Of a DNA stretch of 64,000 bases, positions 46,433-55,900 are shown in pieces. The notes beneath the pieces are model-generated. The model ran no database searches. It had not been told where the DNA came from and saw only the letters and a program-made list of their open reading frames with translations. Position 1 is the stretch's first letter. Every line of letters begins with the position of its first letter. Origin of the DNA: Patescibacteria group bacterium (lineage in GTDB: Bacteria; Patescibacteriota; Minisyncoccia; Minisyncoccales; DG-74-3); assembly GCA_043818355.1 (NCBI GenBank), contig JBDRFX010000021.1, forward strand, positions 3,228 through 67,227, given 5' to 3'. The translations under genes and the position numbers were made by a program.

Positions 46433-48529
46433 TTAAGATTTTTTTACGATACTTTTAAGTTTCAAATTAATTCTGCCTTGTTCGTCAACAGAAATTACCT
46501 GGACTTGCACTTTGTCACCAATGTTAATTACATCAGTAACTTTATCTATTCTCTTGTCAGATAACTTAGAAATATGAATCATACCATCTTTTCCAGGTAG
46601 TAATTCTACAAAAGCGCCAAAGTCTAAAATCTTTACAACAGTGCCTTCAAATTCTTGACCAACTTCAATTTCTTTGGTCAAAGTTTCTATCCAATCCATG
46701 GCTTTCTGAGCATCTTTTTCTGATTCAGCTGTTACAAAGATTTGTCCATCCTCTTCAATATCAATTGTAACATTGCAGGTTTGAGTAATCTCATTTATTA
46801 TCTTACCTCCCTTTCCAATCACATCGCCAATCTTTTCAGGATCAATTTTAATGGTCAATATTCTAGGAGCAAATGGAGATAGATTCTTTCTTGGTTCAGG
46901 AATAACTTTCTGAATTTCTTTTAAGATTTCTAAACGAGCTTTTTGACCTTGTTTGAATCCTTGTTCTAGAATTTCCAAGGAGATTCCTCTAATTTTAATA
47001 TCCATTTGAACAGCAGTGATTCCTTTTTCTGTTCCAGTTATCTTTAAGTCCATGTCTCCGAAATGATCTTCTAATCCTTGAATATCAGTTAAGATTTTAA
47101 AGTCATTGCCTTTTCTAGCCAAGCCCAAAGAAATACCTGCTACAGGGGCCTTAATTGGCACTCCTGCATCCATTAGGGCAATGGTTGATCCACAAGTGGC
47201 AGCCATAGAGCTTGAGCCGTTAGAAGACAATATTTCTGTTACAACTCTGATTGTATATGGAAAATTTTCTTGAGAAGGCATAACAGGCTTCAAAGCTTTT
47301 TCGGCTAACATGCCATGTCCTATCTCTCTTCTGCCAGGTCCCCTAATAGGTCTTACTTCTCCCACACAATAAGGTGGAAAGTTATAGTGATGCATATATC
47401 TTTTTTCTCCAGAAACCTCCATGCCATCTAATAGCCTAACGTCTCCAGGAGCACCCAATGTTAAAATAGACAATGCTTTGGTTTTTCCTCTGCAAAATAA
47501 TCCAGATCCATGAGTTCTTGAGAACAATCCATCTTTTACAGATATCTTCCTTATTTCATCCATTTTTCTGTTATCAAGTCTTTTGTCTTGCAATATTTTT
47601 TCATGGAAAAGTTCATCAGTAAAATCTTCTAAGAAGTTTTCTACAGTTCCATTATTATCTTGTTCGGGAAGTTCTTTGTTAGCAATTTCTAACATTTCTT
47701 CTTCTATCTTTTTTAGACCATCCTCTCTTTCTCTTCTATCTTGAATTTCAATAGTTTTAGATAGTTTGTCTGTTAAAAGATTTCTAATATCTTTCTCAAC
47801 TCCTTCGGAAATAGTTTTTGCTATAAATTCTTGTTTAGTTTTACCAACTTTTTGAGCAATTTTATTCTGAAACTCAATTATTTTTTCAAATTCTGGTTGA
47901 GCTGATTTTAAAGCTTCAAGCATTATTTTTTCATCTGCTTCTTTGGCCTCAGCTTCAATCATATTAAATTCTAATTTATTTTGATTAAAAACAGCAGAGA
48001 TAGCTAGGTCAAAAACACTTTGTTCTCTTTGTTCATAGGTAGGATTGAGTATAGTTTTTCCATCAACTTGTCCTATCCTGAGAGGAGCCACAGGTCCTAA
48101 CCAAGGAATATCAGAAACTAAAAGAGCCACTGAGGCGGCTAATAATCCAATAACATCGGCATCGTTTTCTTTGTCCCAAGAGAGACAGGTGATAATAATC
48201 TGTACTTCTTTTTTAAACCCTTTTGGGAAAAGAGGTCTAATAGCTCTATCAATTAATCTTGAGACTATAACGGCTTCGTCAGAAGGTCTTCCTTCTCTTC
48301 TCATATAGCGCGATCCTAGAATTTTACCAGCAGCATAGTTTTTTTCTTCATAGTTAACAGATAAGGGAAAATAGTCTAATCCATCCTTTTGAATTTCAGA
48401 TATCACGGCAGTAGCCAAAACAACAGTATCTCCATACTGAATTATGCAAGATCCTGAAGCCTGTTCTGCTAAATCATTAATTTCAACTGTTAAGTCTTTT
48501 TCTCCTATTTTTAAAGTAAATTTTTCCAT
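46433..48529 (-). CDS. pnp: Polynucleotide phosphorylase
   Basis: 698 aa. Two RNase PH domains, KH (GKGGKIINEI) and S1. Confidence 0.95.
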   Translation of the reverse strand: MEKFTLKIGEKDLTVEINDLAEQASGSCIIQYGDTVVLATAVISEIQKDGLDYFPLSVNYEEKNYAAGKILGSRYMRREGRPSDEAVIVSRLIDRAIRPLFPKGFKKEVQIIITCLSWDKENDADVIGLLAASVALLVSDIPWLGPVAPLRIGQVDGKTILNPTYEQREQSVFDLAISAVFNQNKLEFNMIEAEAKEADEKIMLEALKSAQPEFEKIIEFQNKIAQKVGKTKQEFIAKTISEGVEKDIRNLLTDKLSKTIEIQDRREREDGLKKIEEEMLEIANKELPEQDNNGTVENFLEDFTDELFHEKILQDKRLDNRKMDEIRKISVKDGLFSRTHGSGLFCRGKTKALSILTLGAPGDVRLLDGMEVSGEKRYMHHYNFPPYCVGEVRPIRGPGRREIGHGMLAEKALKPVMPSQENFPYTIRVVTEILSSNGSSSMAATCGSTIALMDAGVPIKAPVAGISLGLARKGNDFKILTDIQGLEDHFGDMDLKITGTEKGITAVQMDIKIRGISLEILEQGFKQGQKARLEILKEIQKVIPEPRKNLSPFAPRILTIKIDPEKIGDVIGKGGKIINEITQTCNVTIDIEEDGQIFVTAESEKDAQKAMDWIETLTKEIEVGQEFEGTVVKILDFGAFVELLPGKDGMIHISKLSDKRIDKVTDVINIGDKVQVQVISVDEQGRINLKLKSIVKKS

Positions 48530-48531
48530 TT

Positions 48532-49041
48532 TTATCTATTTTTAATTAAGTATTTTTTAGCGTCTTGTTCTAAATCAATAAAGTCATCTACAACTTCCCT
48601 GAGTGCTGAAGAGGCAGATCTTCCGAAAGCAATTACTTCCACTCTTTTTCCTTGATTTTTTAAGTATTCAACTAATTGAATAAAATCACCATCTCCTGAA
48701 GCCAAAACAATTGTGTCTATTGCTGGAGCGATTCTAACAGCATCAATGCTTATGCCAACATCCCAGTCTCCTTTTTTTGTTCCACCATGAAATTCTTGTA
48801 AATCTTTAACTCTAGTTTCAATGCCTAATTTTACTAAAGCTTCAAAAAATGCTTTTTCTTCTCCACCCTTAGTTTTAATCACATAAGCAAAAGCGCGGAT
48901 AAGACTTCTTTGAGCTACGGCTAATCTTAAAACGGCTCCGAAGTTAACCTTAGCAGTATAAAGATTTTTAGCTGAATGGTAAAGGTTCTGGACGTCTATT
49001 AGAACTGCTACTCTTTGACCCTTGTGTTGAGAGATGGTCAT
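48532..49041 (-). CDS. NYN-domain (LabA-like, PIN-related) protein
   Basis: 169 aa. [16 protein letters not shown]...[13 protein letters not shown]. Inserted between rpsO and pnp. Confidence 0.75.
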   Translation of the reverse strand: MTISQHKGQRVAVLIDVQNLYHSAKNLYTAKVNFGAVLRLAVAQRSLIRAFAYVIKTKGGEEKAFFEALVKLGIETRVKDLQEFHGGTKKGDWDVGISIDAVRIAPAIDTIVLASGDGDFIQLVEYLKNQGKRVEVIAFGRSASSALREVVDDFIDLEQDAKKYLIKNR

Positions 49042-49307
49042 TTATTTTTTAAGCCAACTTTTTTAACGATATTGTCATGTCTCTTAATGTCTTTTTCTTT
49101 TAAGTATTTCAAGAGAGACTTTCTTTGAAAAACCATTTTTAATAAACCTCTTTTTGAGTGGAGGTCTTTGGTATGTTTTTTTAAGTGTAAAAGTAATTGT
49201 TCAATTTCTTCTGACAACAAAGCTACTTGCACCTCTGGTGAACCAGTGTCTGAATTATGAAGCTTATATTTTTTAATAATTTGGTCTTTTTCTTCTAAAG
49301 TTAGCAT
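49038..49307 (-). CDS. rpsO: 30S ribosomal protein S15
   Basis: 89 aa. [35 protein letters not shown]... Confidence 0.9.
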   Translation of the reverse strand: MLTLEEKDQIIKKYKLHNSDTGSPEVQVALLSEEIEQLLLHLKKHTKDLHSKRGLLKMVFQRKSLLKYLKEKDIKRHDNIVKKVGLKNK

Positions 49308-49347
49308 ATTGTTTTAATTTAAATTTTTGTTTTTAAGTATTTTTATG

Positions 49348-49420
49348 TGCCCCGCGCAGGACTCGAACCTACAACCAATTGCTTAAGAGGCAACTGCTCT
49401 ACCGATTGAGCTAGCGGGGC
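49348..49420 (-). tRNA. tRNA-Lys (anticodon CTT)
   Basis: Manual cloverleaf: acceptor GCCCCGC/GCGGGGC, D-arm GCTC-AATCGGTA-GAGC, anticodon loop CTCTTAA, T-arm GTAGG-TTCGAGT-CCTGC. CCA not encoded. Confidence 0.85.
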
Positions 49421-49430
49421 CTCTTTATTT

Positions 49431-49835
49431 TTATGGGCAATTGATTTGCCACCAAGTGCCAATGCCAGTCCACTCAGATACTCCCATGAAAGAAAGAAAG
49501 GTGTTTAAGAATATCCAAGACATTGAAATGACTAATAATCCCACTACAGTTGCTTTAAATATTTCTTGAGCTGTTTTTAGGTGATTTTGATTTGCTCCTG
49601 CTGCCATATAATAACCTCCTCCGATAACCAACATTAATGTTGCTACAATAGGAGTAAGTCTGGTTAAAATAAAATTGATGACGTTATTGATAAGTACAAA
49701 AAGATGACAAAACTTGCAGGGATTAGCTATTGTTCCACAAGGAATGAATTCATAAGCCATTGTGGTTATTGGGACTAAACAAAGGAATAAAAAAAGTAGA
49801 TTGCCCAATAACTTCATTTTGATTTTGTTTGCCAT
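49431..49835 (-). CDS. Pilin-like small membrane protein (VirB2/TrbC-like two-helix module)
   Basis: 134 aa. N-terminal TM, Cys-containing loop (CGTIANPCKFC), then LMLVIGGGYYMAAG...VISMSWIFLNTFLSFMGVSEWTGIGTWWQINCP, homologous to the C-terminus of the 848-aa protein. Confidence 0.45.
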   Translation of the reverse strand: MANKIKMKLLGNLLFLFLCLVPITTMAYEFIPCGTIANPCKFCHLFVLINNVINFILTRLTPIVATLMLVIGGGYYMAAGANQNHLKTAQEIFKATVVGLLVISMSWIFLNTFLSFMGVSEWTGIGTWWQINCP

Positions 49836-49844
49836 AGATTTTTG

Positions 49845-49918
49845 TACCCCCGACAGGACTCGAACCTGTAGTCTCTGCGTCCGAAGCGCAGCGCCATATC
49901 CAATTAGACTACGGGGGT
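49845..49918 (-). tRNA. tRNA-Arg (anticodon TCG)
   Basis: Manual cloverleaf: acceptor ACCCCCG/CGGGGGT, anticodon stem CTGCG/CGCAG with loop CTTCGGA, T-arm ACAGG-TTCGAGT-CCTGT. The D-stem has only 3 pairs. Confidence 0.7.
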
Positions 49919-50081
49919 GTACTTCGAATGCAGGAATATCTTTTTAATTTTATTACATATTTTACCACTCAATTTACCTTTGGGCAAGAACAGAAAGCAA
50001 CAAAGCTTTTTTGCCATATTTTTAATAAAAAATCAAGTCTTTTTGATTGAAAAAACTAATTTTTCATCATAGAATAAAAGA

Positions 50082-51530
50082 ATGAAGATTCCAAAGATTA
50101 TCAGTTCAATAATTTCTCAATTAGAGAAAAAGGGTTTTAATGCTCATATTGTTGGAGGTTGCGTGAGAGATTTTTTGATAGGCCAAGATCCCAATGATTG
50201 GGATATAGCTACGAATGCCAGCCCCGAAGAAATTCAAAAAATCTTCCCAAACAATTTTTATGAGAATGATTTTTTAACAGTCACGATTCAAACTAAAAGC
50301 AAAGATGCTAATTTTAAAGAGATTGAAATTACTACCTATCGTTTCGAAACAACATATTCTGACAAAAGACATCCTGATAATGTAAAAATAGCTAAAACAC
50401 TTGAAGAGGACTTGTCCCGAAGAGATTTTACAATCAACGCAATAGCTATGGATGCTAAGGGCAATATTATCGATCCTTTTTGTGGCCAAAAAGATGTAGA
50501 GAATAAATTAGTCAAAGCAGTTGGAAAAGCCAAAGAGCGTTTTTCAGAGGATGCCCTAAGAATGATGAGAGCAGTTAGATTTGCTACTGTTTTGGGTTTT
50601 GATATTGAATCAAAAACCCAAAAAGCCATTATTAAAAATTCTTCTTTACTAAAACATGTATCTCAAGAAAGAATCAGAGATGAGTTAATGAAAATCATTA
50701 TGTCAAAAAGAGCAGCAGACGGAATAGAGCTTTTAAGAGAATTGGAATTATTAAAATATATTATCCCAGAACTAGAAGAAGGATATAAAGTAAAACAAAA
50801 CAAACATCACACCTTGGGTTGCTATGCACATAACATAGAATCTTTAAGATTTACCGCAGAGAAAAACTTTAATAAATTTGTTAGACTAGCAGCTTTGCTA
50901 CATGATGTTGGTAAACCGAGAACCAAGAGAGGGCAAGGAGAAAATGCTACTTTTTATGGGCATGAAGTTGTGGGGGCTAGAATGTCTAGGGAAATATTAG
51001 AAAGATTGAAGTTTTCTAAAAAGGAAATTCAAAAAATAGTTAAGTTAGTGAGGTATCATCTTTTTTATTATCATCCCGATGAGGTTGGTGATGCTTCGGT
51101 TAGAAAACTTACACGGAACGTGGGCATTGAAGATATGCCAGATTTAATCAAAGTTAGAATGGCTGACAGAATAGGATCGGGTTGTCCCAAAGCCAAGCCA
51201 TATAAGTTGAGACATTTAGAATATGCTATTGAAAAAATATCAAAAGATCCTATTTCAGTTAAAATGTTGAGGGTTTCTGGAAATGACATAATTAAACAAT
51301 TGGAAATTAAGCCAGGTCCTAAAATAGGATATATATTAAACATTCTTCTGGGTTATGTTTTAGAAGATCCCAAAAAGAATAAAAAGAAATTTTTGAAAGA
51401 AGAAATTGATAATTTGAATAAACTATCAGAAACAAAACTTAAGAAACTTTCCAAAAAAACTAAGGAGGGTGTTGAGAAAATAGAAATCAAGGACGACGAA
51501 ATGACTAAAGATAAGTATTGGGTGAAATAG
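50082..51530 (+). CDS. cca: CCA-adding enzyme (tRNA nucleotidyltransferase, head domain plus HD domain)
   Basis: 482 aa. GGCVRDFLIGQDPNDWDIAT nucleotidyltransferase motif and downstream HD domain (LLHDVGK). Confidence 0.85.
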   Translation: MKIPKIISSIISQLEKKGFNAHIVGGCVRDFLIGQDPNDWDIATNASPEEIQKIFPNNFYENDFLTVTIQTKSKDANFKEIEITTYRFETTYSDKRHPDNVKIAKTLEEDLSRRDFTINAIAMDAKGNIIDPFCGQKDVENKLVKAVGKAKERFSEDALRMMRAVRFATVLGFDIESKTQKAIIKNSSLLKHVSQERIRDELMKIIMSKRAADGIELLRELELLKYIIPELEEGYKVKQNKHHTLGCYAHNIESLRFTAEKNFNKFVRLAALLHDVGKPRTKRGQGENATFYGHEVVGARMSREILERLKFSKKEIQKIVKLVRYHLFYYHPDEVGDASVRKLTRNVGIEDMPDLIKVRMADRIGSGCPKAKPYKLRHLEYAIEKISKDPISVKMLRVSGNDIIKQLEIKPGPKIGYILNILLGYVLEDPKKNKKKFLKEEIDNLNKLSETKLKKLSKKTKEGVEKIEIKDDEMTKDKYWVK

Positions 51531-51574
51531 TTTGCGATAAACAGAATTTATCACAAACAGTTTATTACAAATAG

Positions 51575-51645
51575 GGGCCTATAGCTTAGTGGTAGAGTAC
51601 TGCTTTCGCATAGCAGCGACATGGGTTCGATTCCCGTTAGGTCCA
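51575..51645 (+). tRNA. tRNA-Ala (anticodon CGC)
   Basis: Manual cloverleaf: acceptor GGGCCTA/TAGGTCC with the G3-U70 Ala identity pair, anticodon stem CTGCT/AGCAG with loop TTCGCAT, T-arm ATGGG-TTCGATT-CCCGT. Confidence 0.75.
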
Positions 51646-51659
51646 CAATATTCTGCGAT

Positions 51660-52250
51660 TTATTTTTGGTTGAGAACGAGAAAAATTCTTTGAATAGCAG
51701 TAAGATTAGATAGGACAGCTAGAGCAATAATGAGATATATTGTGTATTGTAGATTGAATATCCCCAAAAATATGGCTAGATTTTCTAAAATCATCCTTTC
51801 TCCCCTACCGATTAAACCTTTTTTGAGTTCTATTTCTAGTATGCCCTTTTCTTTGCCAGCAGCTTTGGCATAAGTTGTCATTAGAGAACCAAATAAAGCT
51901 AAAAATATCCAAATATAGTTTGGGAATAAAATTTGAGGAAGCGGGAGAAATAAAAATCCAAGCAAAATAATTCCCTCAACATATCTGTCTAGAATGGTAT
52001 CTAAATAAGCACCCTTTTTAGATGCAGTTTCGGTTTTTCTAGCAACCGCCCCATCAACAAAGTCTAGAAATGAGGCTGTGGCTAACAACACCAAAGCGGT
52101 TTTTAGTTTTAATTCTATTAGAAATTTGAAACCAATTAAGGAAATAAAAATAGCTAAATAAGAATATTGATTTGGGGTCAAAAATTTATAGAATAAAGTT
52201 CCCACCATATTCTCTAATTTTTTAAAATTTTGTCTTTTTTCAGCCAACAT
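51660..52250 (-). CDS. CDP-alcohol phosphatidyltransferase (head-group transferase)
   Basis: 196 aa, 6 TM. Perfect family motif DGAVARKTETASKKGAYLDTILDRY (D-G-x2-A-R-x8-G-x3-D-x3-D). Confidence 0.85.
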   Translation of the reverse strand: MLAEKRQNFKKLENMVGTLFYKFLTPNQYSYLAIFISLIGFKFLIELKLKTALVLLATASFLDFVDGAVARKTETASKKGAYLDTILDRYVEGIILLGFLFLPLPQILFPNYIWIFLALFGSLMTTYAKAAGKEKGILEIELKKGLIGRGERMILENLAIFLGIFNLQYTIYLIIALAVLSNLTAIQRIFLVLNQK

Positions 52251-52914
52251 ATTTTTTGAAATAATAAGTTAATTTATTAATATTCCTATAAAAGAAACAG
52301 AGGCCTTTTTCAATTAAATTAGTTTCTTCGCCCATAGCTACTACTTTTCCTTCTTTAATTTCTTGAAATATCTCTTCGGCAGAAATACATTTTTTTGCAA
52401 TTTCAAGATATGTTTTTCCAACGAAATGATAGTGATGAGCATCAGATCCTGTTGTTATGGCAAGATTATGTTTTTTAGCGAAGGATAAAGCTTTGGCATT
52501 ATCCCTTGGAGCAATGTTAGCATTTTTAACTTCAATAGCATCAATAAGATGAGCTATTTTTTCTAAATTTCCCTTGAATCTAGAGAGTCCCAAAACAAAA
52601 GGGTGGGGTATAACAACAAAAGCTCCTTGTCTTTTTAATTCCAAGATTGTTTCTTCTGGGCTTAGGCCATCAGCAACTGGCTTTGTGACATTCAATCCCA
52701 AGATGTCTCCCTGAGAACTTTTTATTTCAATGCCGGGAATAACCAATAATTTTCCTTGAGCTTTTTTTATAATTTCTGGAATTCCTTCCATAGTTCCATG
52801 ATCACAAATAGCAATACAGCCTAATCCTTTTTGTAGAGCTTTAGAGACTATTTTTTTTGCCTCAGATTTGCTATCGTAAGAATATGAAGTGTGAATATGT
52901 AGGTCAGCTTTCAT
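52240..52914 (-). CDS. PHP-domain metal-dependent phosphoesterase
   Basis: 224 aa. MKADLHIHTSYSYDS and later CDHGTMEG / HP motifs. Confidence 0.75.
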   Translation of the reverse strand: MKADLHIHTSYSYDSKSEAKKIVSKALQKGLGCIAICDHGTMEGIPEIIKKAQGKLLVIPGIEIKSSQGDILGLNVTKPVADGLSPEETILELKRQGAFVVIPHPFVLGLSRFKGNLEKIAHLIDAIEVKNANIAPRDNAKALSFAKKHNLAITTGSDAHHYHFVGKTYLEIAKKCISAEEIFQEIKEGKVVAMGEETNLIEKGLCFFYRNINKLTYYFKKYVG

Positions 52915-52958
52915 TACAGTATTTTACACATAGAAAATATTAAATTCAAGACAAAACC

Positions 52959-53516
52959 ATGTTTAAATTTCTTTTTTCCTGTTTCTACTTTTTTCTTCCA
53001 GCTTATTTTAACAATATGATTCCCTCCTTGACGTCAAGCCTCGGAGTTCTTAATTTTTTTGATAAGCCGGTAGACGGAGGAAGACAGTTTGGGGGCAAGC
53101 CATTGTTGGGTAGTCATAAAACTTGGAGATTCATATTGGGAGGAATAGTTGGCTTGGCGGTTGTTTTTATTCAGAGGTGGTTATATATAAATTGTCCAGT
53201 AGCTCAAAGCGTTAGTTTAATTAATTACCAAGAATCCAATATTTTGACTTTTGGTTTATCAATTACTTTGGGAGCTTCTTTCGGAGATATGTTTTTTGCT
53301 TTTATAAAAAGACGACTTAACTTAAAATCAGGAGCTAAGTTTATGCCCTGGGATCAAACCAATTATGTTTTAGGGTCAGCTTTTTTTCTATATTTATTTT
53401 ACGGATTAAAAATAGACTTAATGGTTTGGATTACCTTGGCTGTTTTCACATTTATTTTTCATTCTACTTCCACTCAAGTTGGATTTATGTTAGGCTTGTC
53501 TAGGAGTAAATGGTAA
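52959..53516 (+). CDS. CarS/DUF46-like (CDP-archaeol synthase-like, CdsA-related) small membrane protein
   Basis: 185 aa, about 5 TM. C-terminal GASFGDMFFAFIKRRLNLKSGAKFMPWDQTNY resembles the SxxKRRxxxK...D signature of CTP-transferase-like CdsA/CarS proteins. Tentative. Confidence 0.35.
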   Translation: MFKFLFSCFYFFLPAYFNNMIPSLTSSLGVLNFFDKPVDGGRQFGGKPLLGSHKTWRFILGGIVGLAVVFIQRWLYINCPVAQSVSLINYQESNILTFGLSITLGASFGDMFFAFIKRRLNLKSGAKFMPWDQTNYVLGSAFFLYLFYGLKIDLMVWITLAVFTFIFHSTSTQVGFMLGLSRSKW

Positions 53517-54229
53517 AATATTTTAATGGGATAGTATCGTGTTTGTTCAATTTAAAAATTAAAATATTTAAAAATATGATTTTTGATCAATTCGTGCAAC
53601 TATTTTTAGAAAGTTTCGTAGAACATCTTCCTAAGCTTTTATGGGCTAATATTACATTTTTAGTTGGTCTTTTGGTGTCAAAATGGATAGCGTCCTGGGT
53701 AGTTGTTTTATTGAATAAAACAAAGTTTAACCAAGCACTCAAAAGAATGAGTTGGGAAAGCCTAGAAGATGCCGGTTTTAATATGGACGGAGTAGAGTTT
53801 TTTAGTAATTTGGTAAGATGTTTTTTTACACTGTTATTTTTAATGGCTTCTGCTGAGATTATCGGCCTTCCTCAATTCAGTAATTTCTTAGCTCAGGCAG
53901 TTAATTATTTTTCTAACATTTTTATTGCTGCTTTTATTTTCATAGTAGCCGTTTTTATCGCTGATTTTTCTCAAAAAATTGTAGTAGCCTCACTAGAAGA
54001 AGAAAAGATAACTTATTCTAGGTTTTTGGGCAGAGTAATTCGTTGGATTATTTGGGCGTTAACAGTTTTAATTATTCTGTATCAGCTTCAGATTACTCCA
54101 ACTTTGATTTTGACTATATTCGTTGGTTTGATTGCAACCATTACATTAACAATTGGTATTGCTTTTGGCTTGGGAGGAAAAGAAATTGCATCAAAGATTC
54201 TTAAAGATCTTGAAGAAAAAATTCGTTAA
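53510..54229 (+). CDS. Membrane protein with repeated conserved TM helices (CmpX/TM_helix-like)
   Basis: 239 aa, about 5 TM, ends ...GLGGKEIASKILKDLEEK. Confidence 0.35.
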   Translation: MVKYFNGIVSCLFNLKIKIFKNMIFDQFVQLFLESFVEHLPKLLWANITFLVGLLVSKWIASWVVVLLNKTKFNQALKRMSWESLEDAGFNMDGVEFFSNLVRCFFTLLFLMASAEIIGLPQFSNFLAQAVNYFSNIFIAAFIFIVAVFIADFSQKIVVASLEEEKITYSRFLGRVIRWIIWALTVLIILYQLQITPTLILTIFVGLIATITLTIGIAFGLGGKEIASKILKDLEEKIR

Positions 54230-54234
54230 GAATT

Positions 54235-55878
54235 ATGGATACTTTAACGGGAAAAGAGTTGAAAAAGATGATTCTTCTTTCTTATCAAAGAGTGGAAGAA
54301 GAAAAAGAAGAAATAAACAAAATAAATGTTTTTCCAGTTCCAGATCAAGATACTGGTACGAACTTATCTAAAACTCTTTTTGGCATAAAAGAAGCCATTG
54401 AAGATAAAGAATTCTCTAACTTAAAAGATCTTTCAGATGCTATTCTTGATGGAGCTCTAACTATGGCCCAAGGAAACGCTGGTATAATTTATACCGGTTT
54501 TTTGGCTGGATTTTTACCAGCTCTGGGTGACGATAATTCTATTACAGCAAAAGAGTTATCACTTTCTTTTCAAAAAGGTTTAGAAAGAGCAATTTCTAGT
54601 ATTCAAGAGCCCAAAGAAGGGACCATTTTAGACGTAATTGAGGCCACCTCAAAGAGTATAGAGATGGATGCAGAAAAAGAAAAAGACATTGTTGTTCTCT
54701 TTAAAAATGCTACGGAAAAAGCAAGGGAGGCTCTGATTGCGACTCAAGAAAAAATGGATGTTCTTAAGAAAGCCAATGTTGTAGATGCTGGGGGTTTAGG
54801 ATTTTTAATAATCTTAGAAAGCTATCTTGAAGCTATAGACCAAAAGCAAGATAGTCCCAGAGAATTACCACAAAAAGAAGAAAAAGCATCAGAGAAAGTT
54901 AAGAGGTTTATACAAACAGTCAATAATAGATTTGAAATAGTTGTTTTGATTTTTAATCCTAAGTTTTCCACAGAAGAAATTAAGGCCAAACTAAAGGGAT
55001 TTGGAGACAGCATAGATATAATTCAGATTGGAGATAAAGTGAAGGTTCATATTCATACTGATTTGACAGAAGAAGTAAAAGACATTCTTAGGAATATTGG
55101 TAAAATTGAAAACATGAGAGTAGAAGATATGATTAGAGAGGCCGCAGGAGAAAAATCAATAAAAGAAATTTCTATTGGAATCGTTGTTGATGAATTTGTG
55201 GATTTAACTCCGAAGATTAAAAAAAGATATGGCATAGAGGTTGCAGGTAAAAATGATGATTTGGAGCAAATTCTGAAAGCTCAACTCAAAAAATTTAAGA
55301 GAATATTAGTAGTTACCTCTTCTTCTAGGGTAAGCTCTAACTACCAGACAGCCATGGATATTAGATCAAGACTAGAAAATCCCCTTAATGTTTATGTACT
55401 AGATTCTTTGAACATTAGTTCGGGTGAATCTCTTTTGGTTTTAAAAATGATAGAATTTATTAAAGAACAGAGAGATATCAGAGATATGATAGCTAAATTA
55501 CACAGAGAGATTCATAACATTCACACATATATTTTCTTACCCAATCTTAAAGACCAATTCCAAAGGAGAGAAAGGGCTAGATGGATCAAGAGGGTGCAGA
55601 AAAATAAAAATATTAGAATTATCAGAACGGGATTTAGATTCGGGACTTTTGACATAGCAGGAGCTATATTTAAATCTATTGATTCAGACAGCAAGAAGCT
55701 AGGCAGGAATGGCAAGAAGATCAGAGTGGTAATCACTCATACCGGAGATGAAGAGGAAGTAGAGAGATTAGGCAAATTTTTGAAAGAAATTAAGGCAGAA
55801 GTTTCATTTATCAACAGAATGTCTTCTGATCTTGAGGATGAATTAGACTCAGGTAGCATTATCGCTTCTTGGTCCTAA
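54235..55878 (+). CDS. fakA: DAK2-domain protein, YloV/FakA-like (fatty acid kinase ATP-binding subunit)
   Basis: 547 aa. N-terminal DAK2 motif NVFPVPDQDTGTNLSKT. Two-domain length matches FakA/YloV. Confidence 0.65.
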   Translation: MDTLTGKELKKMILLSYQRVEEEKEEINKINVFPVPDQDTGTNLSKTLFGIKEAIEDKEFSNLKDLSDAILDGALTMAQGNAGIIYTGFLAGFLPALGDDNSITAKELSLSFQKGLERAISSIQEPKEGTILDVIEATSKSIEMDAEKEKDIVVLFKNATEKAREALIATQEKMDVLKKANVVDAGGLGFLIILESYLEAIDQKQDSPRELPQKEEKASEKVKRFIQTVNNRFEIVVLIFNPKFSTEEIKAKLKGFGDSIDIIQIGDKVKVHIHTDLTEEVKDILRNIGKIENMRVEDMIREAAGEKSIKEISIGIVVDEFVDLTPKIKKRYGIEVAGKNDDLEQILKAQLKKFKRILVVTSSSRVSSNYQTAMDIRSRLENPLNVYVLDSLNISSGESLLVLKMIEFIKEQRDIRDMIAKLHREIHNIHTYIFLPNLKDQFQRRERARWIKRVQKNKNIRIIRTGFRFGTFDIAGAIFKSIDSDSKKLGRNGKKIRVVITHTGDEEEVERLGKFLKEIKAEVSFINRMSSDLEDELDSGSIIASWS

Positions 55879-55900
55879 AAATTAATTAAAAAATAATAAT

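Noticed and set aside
49845-49918. Alternative non-tRNA fold suggested by a 7-nt complementarity GTAGTCT/AGACTAC between the D-stem and variable-loop regions
   Set aside because: A canonical cloverleaf with good acceptor, anticodon (UCG, U33, purine 37) and T-arm (TTCGAGT) fits. The extra complementarity is most simply incidental, though the D-stem has only 3 pairs.
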